Made by a program: the position numbers and the translations under genes. Below are positions 22,207 to 31,660 of a stretch of DNA of 64,000 nt, piece after piece (position 1 is the first letter of the stretch; each line of letters starts with the position of its first letter). The stretch covers positions 64,001 to 128,000 of IMG/VR virus record IMGVR_UViG_3300042197_003184. One strand, given 5' to 3'. The stretch comes from a virus. The notes below the pieces were generated by a model. The model had not been told where the DNA came from, ran no database searches, and worked only from the letters and a program-made list of their open reading frames with translations.

Positions 22207-23873
22207 GAAGACCCCTTGATTCTAGCATACTCTAAGTAGTCATCATTGAATACAACCTTACCATGCCTTACTCTCTCCGAATTATTGATGTTATCTATAT
22301 AAGTAGAGATAGTTTCTTCCATATTGTTGAGGCCGTATGAATCGATAGTGGTTCCGCTTTGAACGAATCCATAATCTAAATCCTTAAGCATATCTAGAAA
22401 AAACATAGAAGACATTAGTTGATAGTTGTGTAGATGGTTATTGCATATGTTTATTAGAAGATCAAAATATTGACCATTAATTTGTTGTTTATCTAGGGAT
22501 TGGATAGGTACCAAATGTCTGGGATCAATATCCCAATTTGATCTGAAACCTTTGGCATCTAATTTATCTAGATACGCCTCCCACTTTTTTGCAACATCAT
22601 CCCAGTTATAATATTTTTCTGTGAGTTTTCTGGTTTTAGTTTTGATCTTATCGAGTTCCTCCGAAGACATAGCCAACAAACACAATAACTTATCTGCTAA
22701 ATCGTCGTTATCGGGGTAGGCCCTAAAGGCTTTAGTTTCTAGCTCTTTGAATTTTGTCTGTACTTTAATTTTTTGAGCCCCTAACTTTTCTATAATATCC
22801 ACCATAGCGCTATAATCAACAGTTAGAATTGGTAATCCACTAGCACCAGCTTCTACTTGTGGCATACCGGCTCCTTCGCATATGGCATATTGTACATAAT
22901 AGTCGAATATGTTATATATAGAAGCTAGTTGTTTGCTACTAATTCCTCTGGTCACAGTGGGAAAAGCACATGAAACCTCCATACAATTTTGGCAACCCGT
23001 AGCTGGACCACAAAATGTTTTGGCTATAATGTCATTACATTTTTTACAAGAATAGGTAAAAAAGACCCTATTAGATAGTCTATTAGATTTCAGTAGTTCT
23101 GGTATATCCCATCCGATATCTGGATAGCTTGTATGTAGATATAGAAAAGTTTTATTATATAGTGGGGAATTTTGTTTCTTTAGGTTGTCAAGTACTTTGC
23201 GAAAAGATATCAATAGATCTGGGATGAGTTTTCTTTTTTGGTTCCTCATAACGGACCCAACGATTACAGAATCTTCTGGTAACCCAAGATTTTGTTTAAT
23301 AGTGCGCTTTATAGAATCATTAACGGGTTTAAATGTCTCAAGATCCACACCCGGGGCTGCTGTATCAATATAATTTATTTGATTCGATGTTTGGTCTAAT
23401 AAAACCTTCGCACCCCAGTCCGAATATGTAAAGACGGCATCCGCGGAGAGATACGTGTCTAGCCATGATTCTTGTTGAGGGGCCGAATCAACTGTTGGCA
23501 TTAGTATCCAATGAAAATATTTTCTCAGAGGAGATGTTGCCTGATAATGGCTCATCCAGTAGTCTCTTACGTCTATTACTACATCTGGTTTAAAGTCCAA
23601 CAGAACCTTTTCGAATCTCCATCTACCAAATTGGTTATCTGGTCTAGATGTATATTCCTTATGTCTGGGGTCGTCGTTACCGACAGCATTGGCATAATAT
23701 CTCCATTTGATGGTTACGTCCTTGGGATCATTCACCAAGCCATACGAAGCAAATTCAGCTATTTCATATTTGTTGGTGGAGTGTAGCCGAGATAAAAGCT
23801 CTTTTGCATAGATTGCGAATCCGGAACTCAGGAAGCTTGCTTCGGAGCACATCAAAATTTTCATCTTAGACAT
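22203..23873 (-). CDS. Glycosyltransferase family 4 (GT-B) with Cys-rich insertion
   Basis: SGFA, PGVD, RNQKRK, EGAGMPQVEAGASGLP and YNWD motifs; start placed at MSKMKI because the longer ORF runs through a hairpin. Confidence 0.9.
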   Translation of the reverse strand: MSKMKILMCSEASFLSSGFAIYAKELLSRLHSTNKYEIAEFASYGLVNDPKDVTIKWRYYANAVGNDDPRHKEYTSRPDNQFGRWRFEKVLLDFKPDVVIDVRDYWMSHYQATSPLRKYFHWILMPTVDSAPQQESWLDTYLSADAVFTYSDWGAKVLLDQTSNQINYIDTAAPGVDLETFKPVNDSIKRTIKQNLGLPEDSVIVGSVMRNQKRKLIPDLLISFRKVLDNLKKQNSPLYNKTFLYLHTSYPDIGWDIPELLKSNRLSNRVFFTYSCKKCNDIIAKTFCGPATGCQNCMEVSCAFPTVTRGISSKQLASIYNIFDYYVQYAICEGAGMPQVEAGASGLPILTVDYSAMVDIIEKLGAQKIKVQTKFKELETKAFRAYPDNDDLADKLLCLLAMSSEELDKIKTKTRKLTEKYYNWDDVAKKWEAYLDKLDAKGFRSNWDIDPRHLVPIQSLDKQQINGQYFDLLINICNNHLHNYQLMSSMFFLDMLKDLDYGFVQSGTTIDSYGLNNMEETISTYIDNINNSERVRHGKVVFNDDYLEYARIKGSS

Positions 23874-23889
23874 AATTAGCTCTCTATAC

Positions 23890-23916
23890 GAATAAGGGGG
23901 CGCGTGATACGCCCCC
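23890..23916 (-). terminator. Hairpin, probable intrinsic terminator after ssb
   Basis: GGGGGCG-7nt-CGCCCCC stem followed by TTATT on the minus strand (weak U tract). Confidence 0.55.
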
Positions 23917-23939
23917 ATATCGCTTCATCTTTTTAGATA

Positions 23940-24314
23940 TTAGAAACTAACAGGTTCCTCTTCAGCAGAAGCCTTCGATGGCTTGCTTAGCTTAGTAATC
24001 TTAGAGAAATTATTTACTCTAACCTTGAGACTACTATGCTTAACTCCGTCCTTTTCCCAGGAATCATTCCTTAAAGAACCCTCTACCAATACCAAGTCGC
24101 CCTTCTTAAAGGATGAACCTATAATCTCTGCTCCAGTATCCCATGCTTCGCAGTTAATAAAAGAAGCAACCTTATCCTTTTCTCCGTTGGACTTAGTATA
24201 CTCTCTAGACACTGCAACTGTGAAATTAACCACAGATGTCTGCTTACCGCCGGTATTAACCACTCTTAGTTCTGGATCACGAGCTAGGTTACCTCTCAGA
24301 ATTGTAATATTCAT
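23940..24314 (-). CDS. ssb: Single-stranded DNA-binding protein
   Basis: LRGNLARDPELR, NFTVAV, FINCEAW, KGDLVLVEGSL and acidic tail EEEPVSF; AAGGAG RBS. Confidence 0.95.
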   Translation of the reverse strand: MNITILRGNLARDPELRVVNTGGKQTSVVNFTVAVSREYTKSNGEKDKVASFINCEAWDTGAEIIGSSFKKGDLVLVEGSLRNDSWEKDGVKHSSLKVRVNNFSKITKLSKPSKASAEEEPVSF

Positions 24315-24355
24315 ATCTATCTCCTTGAATCAAAAATTAAAAAACACAACACTCT

Positions 24356-24383
24356 ATCATAAAACGCCGCGCACGGGTGTCAA
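24356..24383 (-). promoter_or_regulatory. Sigma70-type promoter for ssb
   Basis: TTGACA-N16-TATGAT on the minus strand, about 40 nt upstream of the ssb ATG. Confidence 0.6.
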
Positions 24384-26005
24384 GACGATGGAATAAAACA
24401 CTTATCTACAACGAAAGCGTCTTTATTCTTGGTTTTGCTACCAATAAAAACCAGCACATTACCACTAAAGATATGGTGCTTATATTCTATCCACTTTTCT
24501 GGAAACAGTACAACAGAATCCACAATACCCGTATTATCCTCTATGGTTGTGAAAGCCATTTCTTGACCTGGATTTTTCCCCTTTTTTGTTTTCACTATAT
24601 TAACATTTGTAACTTCTCCAGCAATAATTATATTCTGTGATACTGTAGAGTTTTTTAGTTCTTTGCAATTAGCATTGGTCATACTAATGTCGTACGTATC
24701 CAATTTTGAACAGGTTATGGCTGCACCAAGTAGGGAACTTTCCGAATCGGATAGCCATTCTATCTTGTCAATTAAGGAATATGGCGGCTTCTTTATAAGG
24801 TTTACTAAATTAGATATAACGTCTTTTCTGTTCTTGTTGATCTTTCCATACTGTATAATATGTTCTAATGAGTGTATAATGTTTGTATTATTAGTCGCGT
24901 ATGCTGTAGAGAATTGTTCGAGTTCTTTTTTTGTAAGAGTTGATAGTATGTCGAAGTCGAATAACATCTCAGTTCTGTTTTTCTTAAAATAGTCAAAAGC
25001 CCCACACGATATTAGTGCTTTAGCTGCTGTGGATGTTATATTCATTAATACTTTAGTTAGAATATCTAACCAGCTATATGTATTGATATCTTGATTTTTG
25101 ACCAAATCTGTTAACTTGGCATATACAGAATCCCCCACACCTTTAATGTCTGTGAGACCAAAGTATATTTTATTGTCTTTGATCAGAAATAATTTATTCA
25201 TATTTCTAATATCTGGAATATGAATATCAATATTCATCTCATTAGCATTACGTACCAATTCTTTGATTTCTTGCTGAGGATCTATTTTATCTTTAGCAAA
25301 TCTTAAATACGAAGCAAAGAAAACTTTTGGAAAGTGGGCTTTGGTATATGCAGATAAATATGCATTGATAGCGTACGATACAGCATGGCTTTTATTAAAT
25401 GAATATCTCTGGCTTTTTTCGATCCAGCTAAAAATCTCATCGGCCTGATCGTCGGTTACCACTCCTTGTGTTTTGGCTCCTACTATAAACTTCTGTTTGA
25501 TCTTGGCCATTTCTTCTGGTTTCTTTTTACCAATGGCCTTTCTTAACATGTCTGCCTCTTTAAGATCGAATCCTGCTATGTTTTGTGCTATTTCCATAGC
25601 TTGTTCCTGATAAATCATCTCCCCGTATGTTGCACCAAGGGTGGTTTCCAAAGATGCATGAAAATGGTCTATGCTTTCTTGTCCATTTTTTCTGTCTATG
25701 TAGTGATTGGACACGCTTTTGCCATCTCTGATAGCCTCTAAGCACCCAGGTCTTAATATACTAATAAGAGCAGATAGTTGTTCTATATTTTCTGGACGTA
25801 ATTTTTTTGCCATAGATTGCCCAAGTCTGCTCTCCAGCTGAAAACACCCTTTGGTATTACCGCTAGATATTAAATCCCATGTTCTGTGACAATCCAAATT
25901 TATTGCTTCGATTCTAGGATCGAAATCCAAACTAACAGTACCGTCTTGTTTTTTTTCCAAAACTTTAAATTTACAACCACAATCAAATGACAAAAAATCA
26001 GGCAT
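24380..26005 (-). CDS. dnaE: DNA polymerase III alpha subunit, C-terminal part (fingers, HhH, OB fold)
   Basis: GCFQLES, LRPG, TYGEMIYQEQAM, ADMLRKAIGKKK, YSFNKSHAVSY, GLTDIKGVG and MAFTTIED motifs. Confidence 0.93.
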   Translation of the reverse strand: MPDFLSFDCGCKFKVLEKKQDGTVSLDFDPRIEAINLDCHRTWDLISSGNTKGCFQLESRLGQSMAKKLRPENIEQLSALISILRPGCLEAIRDGKSVSNHYIDRKNGQESIDHFHASLETTLGATYGEMIYQEQAMEIAQNIAGFDLKEADMLRKAIGKKKPEEMAKIKQKFIVGAKTQGVVTDDQADEIFSWIEKSQRYSFNKSHAVSYAINAYLSAYTKAHFPKVFFASYLRFAKDKIDPQQEIKELVRNANEMNIDIHIPDIRNMNKLFLIKDNKIYFGLTDIKGVGDSVYAKLTDLVKNQDINTYSWLDILTKVLMNITSTAAKALISCGAFDYFKKNRTEMLFDFDILSTLTKKELEQFSTAYATNNTNIIHSLEHIIQYGKINKNRKDVISNLVNLIKKPPYSLIDKIEWLSDSESSLLGAAITCSKLDTYDISMTNANCKELKNSTVSQNIIIAGEVTNVNIVKTKKGKNPGQEMAFTTIEDNTGIVDSVVLFPEKWIEYKHHIFSGNVLVFIGSKTKNKDAFVVDKCFIPSS

Positions 26006-26693
26006 TTACAAAAGATCCTTTAAATTTTACCTTTTTGGACATGTTACGATGTAATTTAAGAAATCTAATCAACAAGTTTGCTGTATCCTTAACGTCTTTT
26101 AAAGCGTCGTGAGAACCTTCGGCACTTAAGCCAAAATATTCTCTTACATGATCCAGAGTATAGTTCTTAAGTTCGTTGTTTCCTTCAAACCAATAAAACA
26201 TCATGTTCATAAGATCTATAACGTCTCTAGGATAAAAAAGAGAACTTCTGCCTTCTTTATTAAGGTTATTATATTTGATACTAAGTCTTTCTACAATTCT
26301 TAGATCGAATCTGTTTATGTTGTAACCAGCAGCTATAGGAGCAGTAAAGCAAGATTTTTTATCGGATCTTGTATGATACATGCTCAGATAAGAAACAAAC
26401 ATTTGCCATCCCTGATCCTGTTTTTGGAATTCTTTCCAGCTGTCCAGAATAGCAGCCTTAGTAGAGTTACGAACCTTGGCATGAAAGTCTAGCACATCAC
26501 TATCGGCGTAGTCATAGTCTGGATTGTCTTGTAGAGCAGACGGTTTGAGACTTATATTGAATTCTGAGTCTTTTACTATCTCTAACTTGAGAGGGTCCAC
26601 AATCACAGCAGCTATTTGAACTGGACTACAAATATCCGGATTCGCCCCGTCTGTTTCGAGATCGAAAACGCACAGTTTTTGAAAATTAGCCAT
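25998..26693 (-). CDS. DEDDh 3'-5' exonuclease (DnaQ/epsilon-like)
   Basis: VFDLETDG (ExoI), GYNINRFD (ExoII), SHDALKD (ExoIII). Confidence 0.9.
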   Translation of the reverse strand: MANFQKLCVFDLETDGANPDICSPVQIAAVIVDPLKLEIVKDSEFNISLKPSALQDNPDYDYADSDVLDFHAKVRNSTKAAILDSWKEFQKQDQGWQMFVSYLSMYHTRSDKKSCFTAPIAAGYNINRFDLRIVERLSIKYNNLNKEGRSSLFYPRDVIDLMNMMFYWFEGNNELKNYTLDHVREYFGLSAEGSHDALKDVKDTANLLIRFLKLHRNMSKKVKFKGSFVNA

Positions 26694-26865
26694 TAAATGT
26701 TACCTTTGTGTCGTCTGAAAAATATGTCTGATTATTTGGGTTGGTAACCGCCTGAGCATTGGTCACCTTACAACAGCTAATTCTGTTATCTTGCGTTCTG
26801 ATATACTCGATATCGTTATACAGGAAGCGCTGTCCAACCCCGATATCCCTAAAGTTTTTCTCCAT
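26686..26865 (-). CDS. 59-aa hypothetical protein (not in the ORF track)
   Basis: Hand translation MEKNFRDIGVGQRFLYNDIEYIRTQDNRISCCKVTNAQAVTNPNNQTYFSDDTKVTFNG; fills the gap exactly and is coupled to both neighbours. Confidence 0.7.
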   Translation of the reverse strand: MEKNFRDIGVGQRFLYNDIEYIRTQDNRISCCKVTNAQAVTNPNNQTYFSDDTKVTFNG

Positions 26866-26867
26866 AA

Positions 26868-28736
26868 TTAAATTGCTCCAGTTTTTAAAATATCTGATAT
26901 GGCCATAATTTTATCTAACATTGCTATACCCAATACGTCAAATTTAATAATACCCAAAGCTTCCAGGTCTTGCATTTCCATCCCGGCTATAGGTTGTTTG
27001 TTTTTGGTATCGTAGACCATTGGACATAGATCGCTTAATTTATCATTACTAATAACTATGCCAGCGGCATGTTTAGACTGGTTGGACTTGGTGCCCTCCA
27101 ATCTTATTGCTTGCTCAAACCTTTTAGATAACGGTCCCGAAAGCTGGCCTTCACTATCAATATAACACCACTCCTTTAGTTTGTCAACGTTGTTTTCCAA
27201 CGCCCATCTGATAATGGAAGCTTCTCCGGTATCTTCTTTCATTTCCTGAAGTTCGTCAGCAATCTTGGCTTCGTCCGGTATGCATTTGGTAATACGATTC
27301 ATCTCTTCAAAGGATATATTTCCGTAAACCCTTAAAACCTCTTTTAATGCTCCTCTCCCTTTCATAGTATTAAAAGTGATCATCTGAGATACTTTATCTG
27401 ATCCGTATTTATTTTTTATATACTCTATGATTTCTTCTCTTTTGTTAATAGGAACATCTACGTCAATATCTGGCATAGAAATTCTATCTGTTGTGTTTCT
27501 ACCAGCATTATAAAATCTCTCAAAAATTAAGTTATATTTTATGGGATCTATAGATGTAATACCTACTAAATATGAGACCAAACACCCTGCTGCCGAACCT
27601 CTTCCTGGGCCCGGTAGCCAACCCTCTTTTCTGACTTTATCCAGAATATCACCAACTATTAAAAAGTAACTAGATAAACCCGCACCTTGTAAAACTTCTA
27701 GCTCATATTTTATTCTGTCGGTATAGGTGTTTTGTTGGTCTTTATCTATGATGTTGGATATTTTTTCTCTCCATCCTTTGCGACAAAGTTCTCTTAGATA
27801 TTCATCTGGATTTGTATTATTAGGACACGAAAATGGAGGTAGGACTGGTTTGCTTAATATGTCATATTCTTCGCATAAACTATCTACGTATATAGTATTT
27901 TCTATTTCTTCCGAAGTATGAAGTTCTTGTATTTCCTCAGGCGATAGAATATGGAAATTCTCTGATCTAAAAAAACATTCCATCGGTATTTTTTCATTAT
28001 TTAGCATCTTTTTGTTAATATCTACCAACGTGGTTTTTAGATTATTACAAAGTAATATACGTTGGTCTATTGCGTCTTCTTTCTCGCAATAGTGGGCATC
28101 TGGCGTACAGATAACCTTAGTGTTGGTATTTTTTCCCAGCCTGCGAATCATGTCTGTGACTTCTTGTTGTATTGGGGTGTGGACAACATCCATTAGCTGG
28201 GACTCTAAGAAGAAATTATCTTTGCCAAAAATCTCTTTCATTTTATCAACATAGCTAGTGCCTATGTTCATAGCGTCGTCTTTGTTTTGTAGCATAAGGT
28301 CCGTAATATGGGATCCCAAGTGCCCGGCTATGCCTATCATATTACCGTCTAGCAGGCCGGATAAGGTTTCGATATCGAGTCTAGGCTTATGGTAAAAGTT
28401 ACCAGCTTCGTTGGATGCTGATACTATGCGTATCAGGGTTTTCCATCCTTCATGGTTTTTGGCCAGTACGATAAAATGACTTAGATCGCTATTGTCGCTA
28501 TTTTTTATAGTACAATTCTGGTGCGAAACATAAATTTCGCAACCCAAAATAGGCTTGATACCGGCAGATTTCATTACTTGGTAAAACTGTACAGTGCCAG
28601 AGATAGTACCATGGTCTGTTAATGCACAAGACTTAACTCCTATTTTTTTGCACCTATCAGCAATTTGTTGCGGTTTACTAAGCCCATCCAATAAAGAATA
28701 ATGAGAATGTACATGCAAAGGAATATATGGTTTCAT
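26868..28736 (-). CDS. dnaE: DNA polymerase III alpha subunit, N-terminal part (PHP, palm, thumb)
   Basis: LHVHSHYSLLDG, LTDHG, GPGRGSAAG, FERF, MPDIDVD, HAAGIVI and KFDVLG motifs. Confidence 0.95.
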   Translation of the reverse strand: MKPYIPLHVHSHYSLLDGLSKPQQIADRCKKIGVKSCALTDHGTISGTVQFYQVMKSAGIKPILGCEIYVSHQNCTIKNSDNSDLSHFIVLAKNHEGWKTLIRIVSASNEAGNFYHKPRLDIETLSGLLDGNMIGIAGHLGSHITDLMLQNKDDAMNIGTSYVDKMKEIFGKDNFFLESQLMDVVHTPIQQEVTDMIRRLGKNTNTKVICTPDAHYCEKEDAIDQRILLCNNLKTTLVDINKKMLNNEKIPMECFFRSENFHILSPEEIQELHTSEEIENTIYVDSLCEEYDILSKPVLPPFSCPNNTNPDEYLRELCRKGWREKISNIIDKDQQNTYTDRIKYELEVLQGAGLSSYFLIVGDILDKVRKEGWLPGPGRGSAAGCLVSYLVGITSIDPIKYNLIFERFYNAGRNTTDRISMPDIDVDVPINKREEIIEYIKNKYGSDKVSQMITFNTMKGRGALKEVLRVYGNISFEEMNRITKCIPDEAKIADELQEMKEDTGEASIIRWALENNVDKLKEWCYIDSEGQLSGPLSKRFEQAIRLEGTKSNQSKHAAGIVISNDKLSDLCPMVYDTKNKQPIAGMEMQDLEALGIIKFDVLGIAMLDKIMAISDILKTGAI

Positions 28737-29776
28737 TCTGTGCTTCCTGGGGCTTTATATTTTCCAAATGAGTGAGACGGATTCTTATATTGTTGTACCA
28801 CAAAATCCATGCCGTGCAAGTCCATATCGTGTTTGACTTGTTCGCATTTGGTCATAGAGGAACCCATATTGCATATTTGTTTTTCTCTATATTCGATTTG
28901 TGGAGAAATGTGAGAGTTTTCAAATGTGGTCTTTCCAAAATGACACAATTTGGTACACATCCAGCTTTTGTTGAGTCTGGGTTTTCTGGTGTTTTTTACT
29001 ATTTCAAATTTTTGTCTTAACATTTCCTCCGTAGCCTTAAGGTCAGATTTGTCAAAACATATAGAAAAAGGACCGCCATCATTAATAAAATATATTGAGA
29101 ATATAATATGGTTTATATGAGGGTATAAATGATTTATGGCATAGTGATATATTCTTAACTGAGGGTCTTTCTCTAGTTTCTCTTGGGTTTTTTCTTGACC
29201 CGTTGCCCAATCAAGCCTTCTTCCTGTTTTCCAGTCTATTATCTCTATCGTGTCTTCGTTGACTAATGTAATTAAGTCTATAGTACCTTTAATAGCCAGA
29301 TTACCTTCTAGTTTGCCTTCATTGGTATCATAAGAATACGCAGACCAAGGTTTTTTGATTTCTATATCAAAATGTTGTTCAGGACATAGTATAAGTCTGT
29401 TTCTTGGATCGAACATACCCCCATTAAAATTGATAGCCTTATAAACCCAACTATGACAATCTTTGTAATCTTTTAGTGACCACTTGTGATGTGTTGTGGC
29501 GTCTGTATAGTGTTTATATACTTTTTCTATTAGGGTGTCCAAACTATACTTATCGCAATTGATGTTACCAACCACATCGTCGGTAACCTCATTTATATTG
29601 TCTTGCTGTGCTTTTTTTATTACCGCCAGAATCTCTAATACTTTATGTACAATGGTTCCTTTGTCTGCCTTTTGACCCGAAGGCCCACGATAGCCAAGAA
29701 CGTACTCAAGAAAATACTGTTGTTCGCACATGGAGTGCGTGTTATAAGAACTACTCCTAAAATATGTGACTATAAT
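28733..29776 (-). CDS. PD-(D/E)XK exonuclease (Cas4/RecB-like), probable Fe-S Cys
   Basis: GTIVHKVLE, GTIDLI, IIDWKTG and QLRIY motifs; N-terminal Cys plus C-terminal CxxxC; start proposed at ATT 8 nt after AGGAG. Confidence 0.85.
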   Translation of the reverse strand: MIVTYFRSSSYNTHSMCEQQYFLEYVLGYRGPSGQKADKGTIVHKVLEILAVIKKAQQDNINEVTDDVVGNINCDKYSLDTLIEKVYKHYTDATTHHKWSLKDYKDCHSWVYKAINFNGGMFDPRNRLILCPEQHFDIEIKKPWSAYSYDTNEGKLEGNLAIKGTIDLITLVNEDTIEIIDWKTGRRLDWATGQEKTQEKLEKDPQLRIYHYAINHLYPHINHIIFSIYFINDGGPFSICFDKSDLKATEEMLRQKFEIVKNTRKPRLNKSWMCTKLCHFGKTTFENSHISPQIEYREKQICNMGSSMTKCEQVKHDMDLHGMDFVVQQYKNPSHSFGKYKAPGSTE

Positions 29777-30513
29777 GATAAGGTCTCCTGTAAAAACTTT
29801 TGAATATCCATGCATTGATCATATATTGTCATGTTTTCATTATTGATAATATAATCAAAATTAGTCCAATCATAATTGTAAGAGTCTAGTGCTGCTTCGG
29901 CTGTAGCAGACGAATTGAATGGGTTTCTTGTCAAACGTATAATTTTACCACCGTGGGTCTTAATACTATCTACTTCATTCGGAAACCTACAATCAACTAT
30001 CACAGCAATCTCTGCTTTATCTTGCTGTATTTTACGTAAAGTTGTGGATACCCATACATCGCCTTTTATTTTGCGAAACAGGTCCGTTCCAACAACCTCC
30101 ATAACTTCTCTGGCTGTCATAGGTCCTTGTTTGGATATATTTCCTGGTATGTTTTCCCAAAAGATATCTGTTATACTGTTTTTGTCGTCGTCCGAACCAT
30201 AACACTGATCATATGATAGTCCTAGCATATTCATGCATATGTCCTGTTTAAGAGGATCAGCAAAGCTATATACTTTGATATATGGATCAAGAAGATTATA
30301 CAGCTTATTTAGCATAAAATCATTATTTCTTACTGATATGTCTAGTATACCCGAATAATTTTTATCACCAAATAAATCCGACACTACTATGCGTCCACAG
30401 TGGTCAATGTCTATTTTCTCACAAATGCCGAGTTCGGCCAATTTGAGTGATACAATAAAATTACCTGTGGTTGTTTTTCCCGATTGTTTACGTCCAGAAA
30501 TACCAATTATCAC
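29770..30513 (-). CDS. Deoxynucleoside monophosphate kinase (T4 gp1-like)
   Basis: IGISGRKQSGKTT P-loop, FADPLK, TAREVMEVVGTD, DCRFPNE. Confidence 0.85.
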   Translation of the reverse strand: MIIGISGRKQSGKTTTGNFIVSLKLAELGICEKIDIDHCGRIVVSDLFGDKNYSGILDISVRNNDFMLNKLYNLLDPYIKVYSFADPLKQDICMNMLGLSYDQCYGSDDDKNSITDIFWENIPGNISKQGPMTAREVMEVVGTDLFRKIKGDVWVSTTLRKIQQDKAEIAVIVDCRFPNEVDSIKTHGGKIIRLTRNPFNSSATAEAALDSYNYDWTNFDYIINNENMTIYDQCMDIQKFLQETLSL

Positions 30514-30520
30514 AAATACC

Positions 30521-31660
30521 TCATCTGATTAGAGAAATAATATTATTACGAATATAATCCACACTGAGTTCTCCAACATCATCAGCAGGAATTTCTATGT
30601 TTTTAACGTTGTATGTTTTGTGGCACTTTTGCCTGATTTGTTCTGTGGCTTTGTGACCAGCAGTATCGTTGTCCATCATAGTAATGATAGTCATGGCTCC
30701 TGATGCATCAAGTATCATTTTTTGTCTATCGCTCAACGAAGAACCGAATATCGCTACGCTGTTTTGTATACCTGCCTCTGCCAAGCGCCATACATTACCA
30801 GGGCTCTCTACAAGAATTACGACGCCAGTTTCCAAAATAGATTGCTTAGCGAACCATATGTTATATAGGTGGTTCTGAGACTGAAAATTAAAACTATGCT
30901 TCCATTTCGAGTAGAACCTTTGATTTTCCGCAGATGGGCACGATTCGGGCTCTGGATGATAGGCAGAGCACTTAGGACACTTATCAAATATGCTTCTGCC
31001 TGTGCATCCGACCATATATTGGTATTTATGATCATAAATAGGAACCACTATTCTATTGCTCATTTCTTTATTTGGTTTATCACATAGTCCCACGTCATAT
31101 CTGTCTAGTATTTCTTGCGAATACCCCCTATCGAGATAATATTGTGCTGGTATTTTGAGATTTTGTCTAATTTTGACTCTAGTGATTTTATTATTATCTT
31201 CTGGTGTTTTGGTCACAGACATATGTTTTATAGCACCAATAAAAGACTTCTTATTGCGTTCAGTATGAGATATACGAATCTTACTAAGATCCTTATTAAT
31301 AAAGCTTAGACAAAAAGCCAGAGCTTCCTGAAAAGAACACTGATTGTCTCCTGGCTTTGTCCATCCATACTTAACGTTGGATATAACACCCCTAATGAAG
31401 CCTATGATAGATCCTTTAAAATGCTTTTCACACCCGTGTGTTCGGCATTTCCAATTACCTCTATATACTTCTCCATCCGGATATATATTTAATGCTGATT
31501 GGTTATCTCCTCCATGTATAGGACATGGCATTATAATCATTTTACCATTGGAATTGTATTCCAAATTAAAATGATCCAAAATCGGCTCTATTTGATCACA
31601 AATGTCATCGCAAACAACTTTTAGTTTTGCTTGATCATTCGAAGAGTATTTCTTCTTCAT
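30521..31660 (-). CDS. dnaG: DNA primase (zinc finger plus TOPRIM)
   Basis: CPIHGGDN..WKCRTHGC zinc domain, RIVVPI, VILVES, MMDNDTAG TOPRIM. Confidence 0.88.
   Translation of the reverse strand: MKKKYSSNDQAKLKVVCDDICDQIEPILDHFNLEYNSNGKMIIMPCPIHGGDNQSALNIYPDGEVYRGNWKCRTHGCEKHFKGSIIGFIRGVISNVKYGWTKPGDNQCSFQEALAFCLSFINKDLSKIRISHTERNKKSFIGAIKHMSVTKTPEDNNKITRVKIRQNLKIPAQYYLDRGYSQEILDRYDVGLCDKPNKEMSNRIVVPIYDHKYQYMVGCTGRSIFDKCPKCSAYHPEPESCPSAENQRFYSKWKHSFNFQSQNHLYNIWFAKQSILETGVVILVESPGNVWRLAEAGIQNSVAIFGSSLSDRQKMILDASGAMTIITMMDNDTAGHKATEQIRQKCHKTYNVKNIEIPADDVGELSVDYIRNNIISLIR

Noticed and set aside
23874-23918. N-terminal extension MGAYHAPP of the GT4 ORF
   Set aside because: It runs through the GC hairpin after ssb; MSKMKIL is the more plausible start
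25900-26950. Split intein or intron joining the dnaE halves
   Set aside because: No N-intein after the N-half, no His-Asn/Cys junction in the C-half, and the gap is filled by ordinary genes
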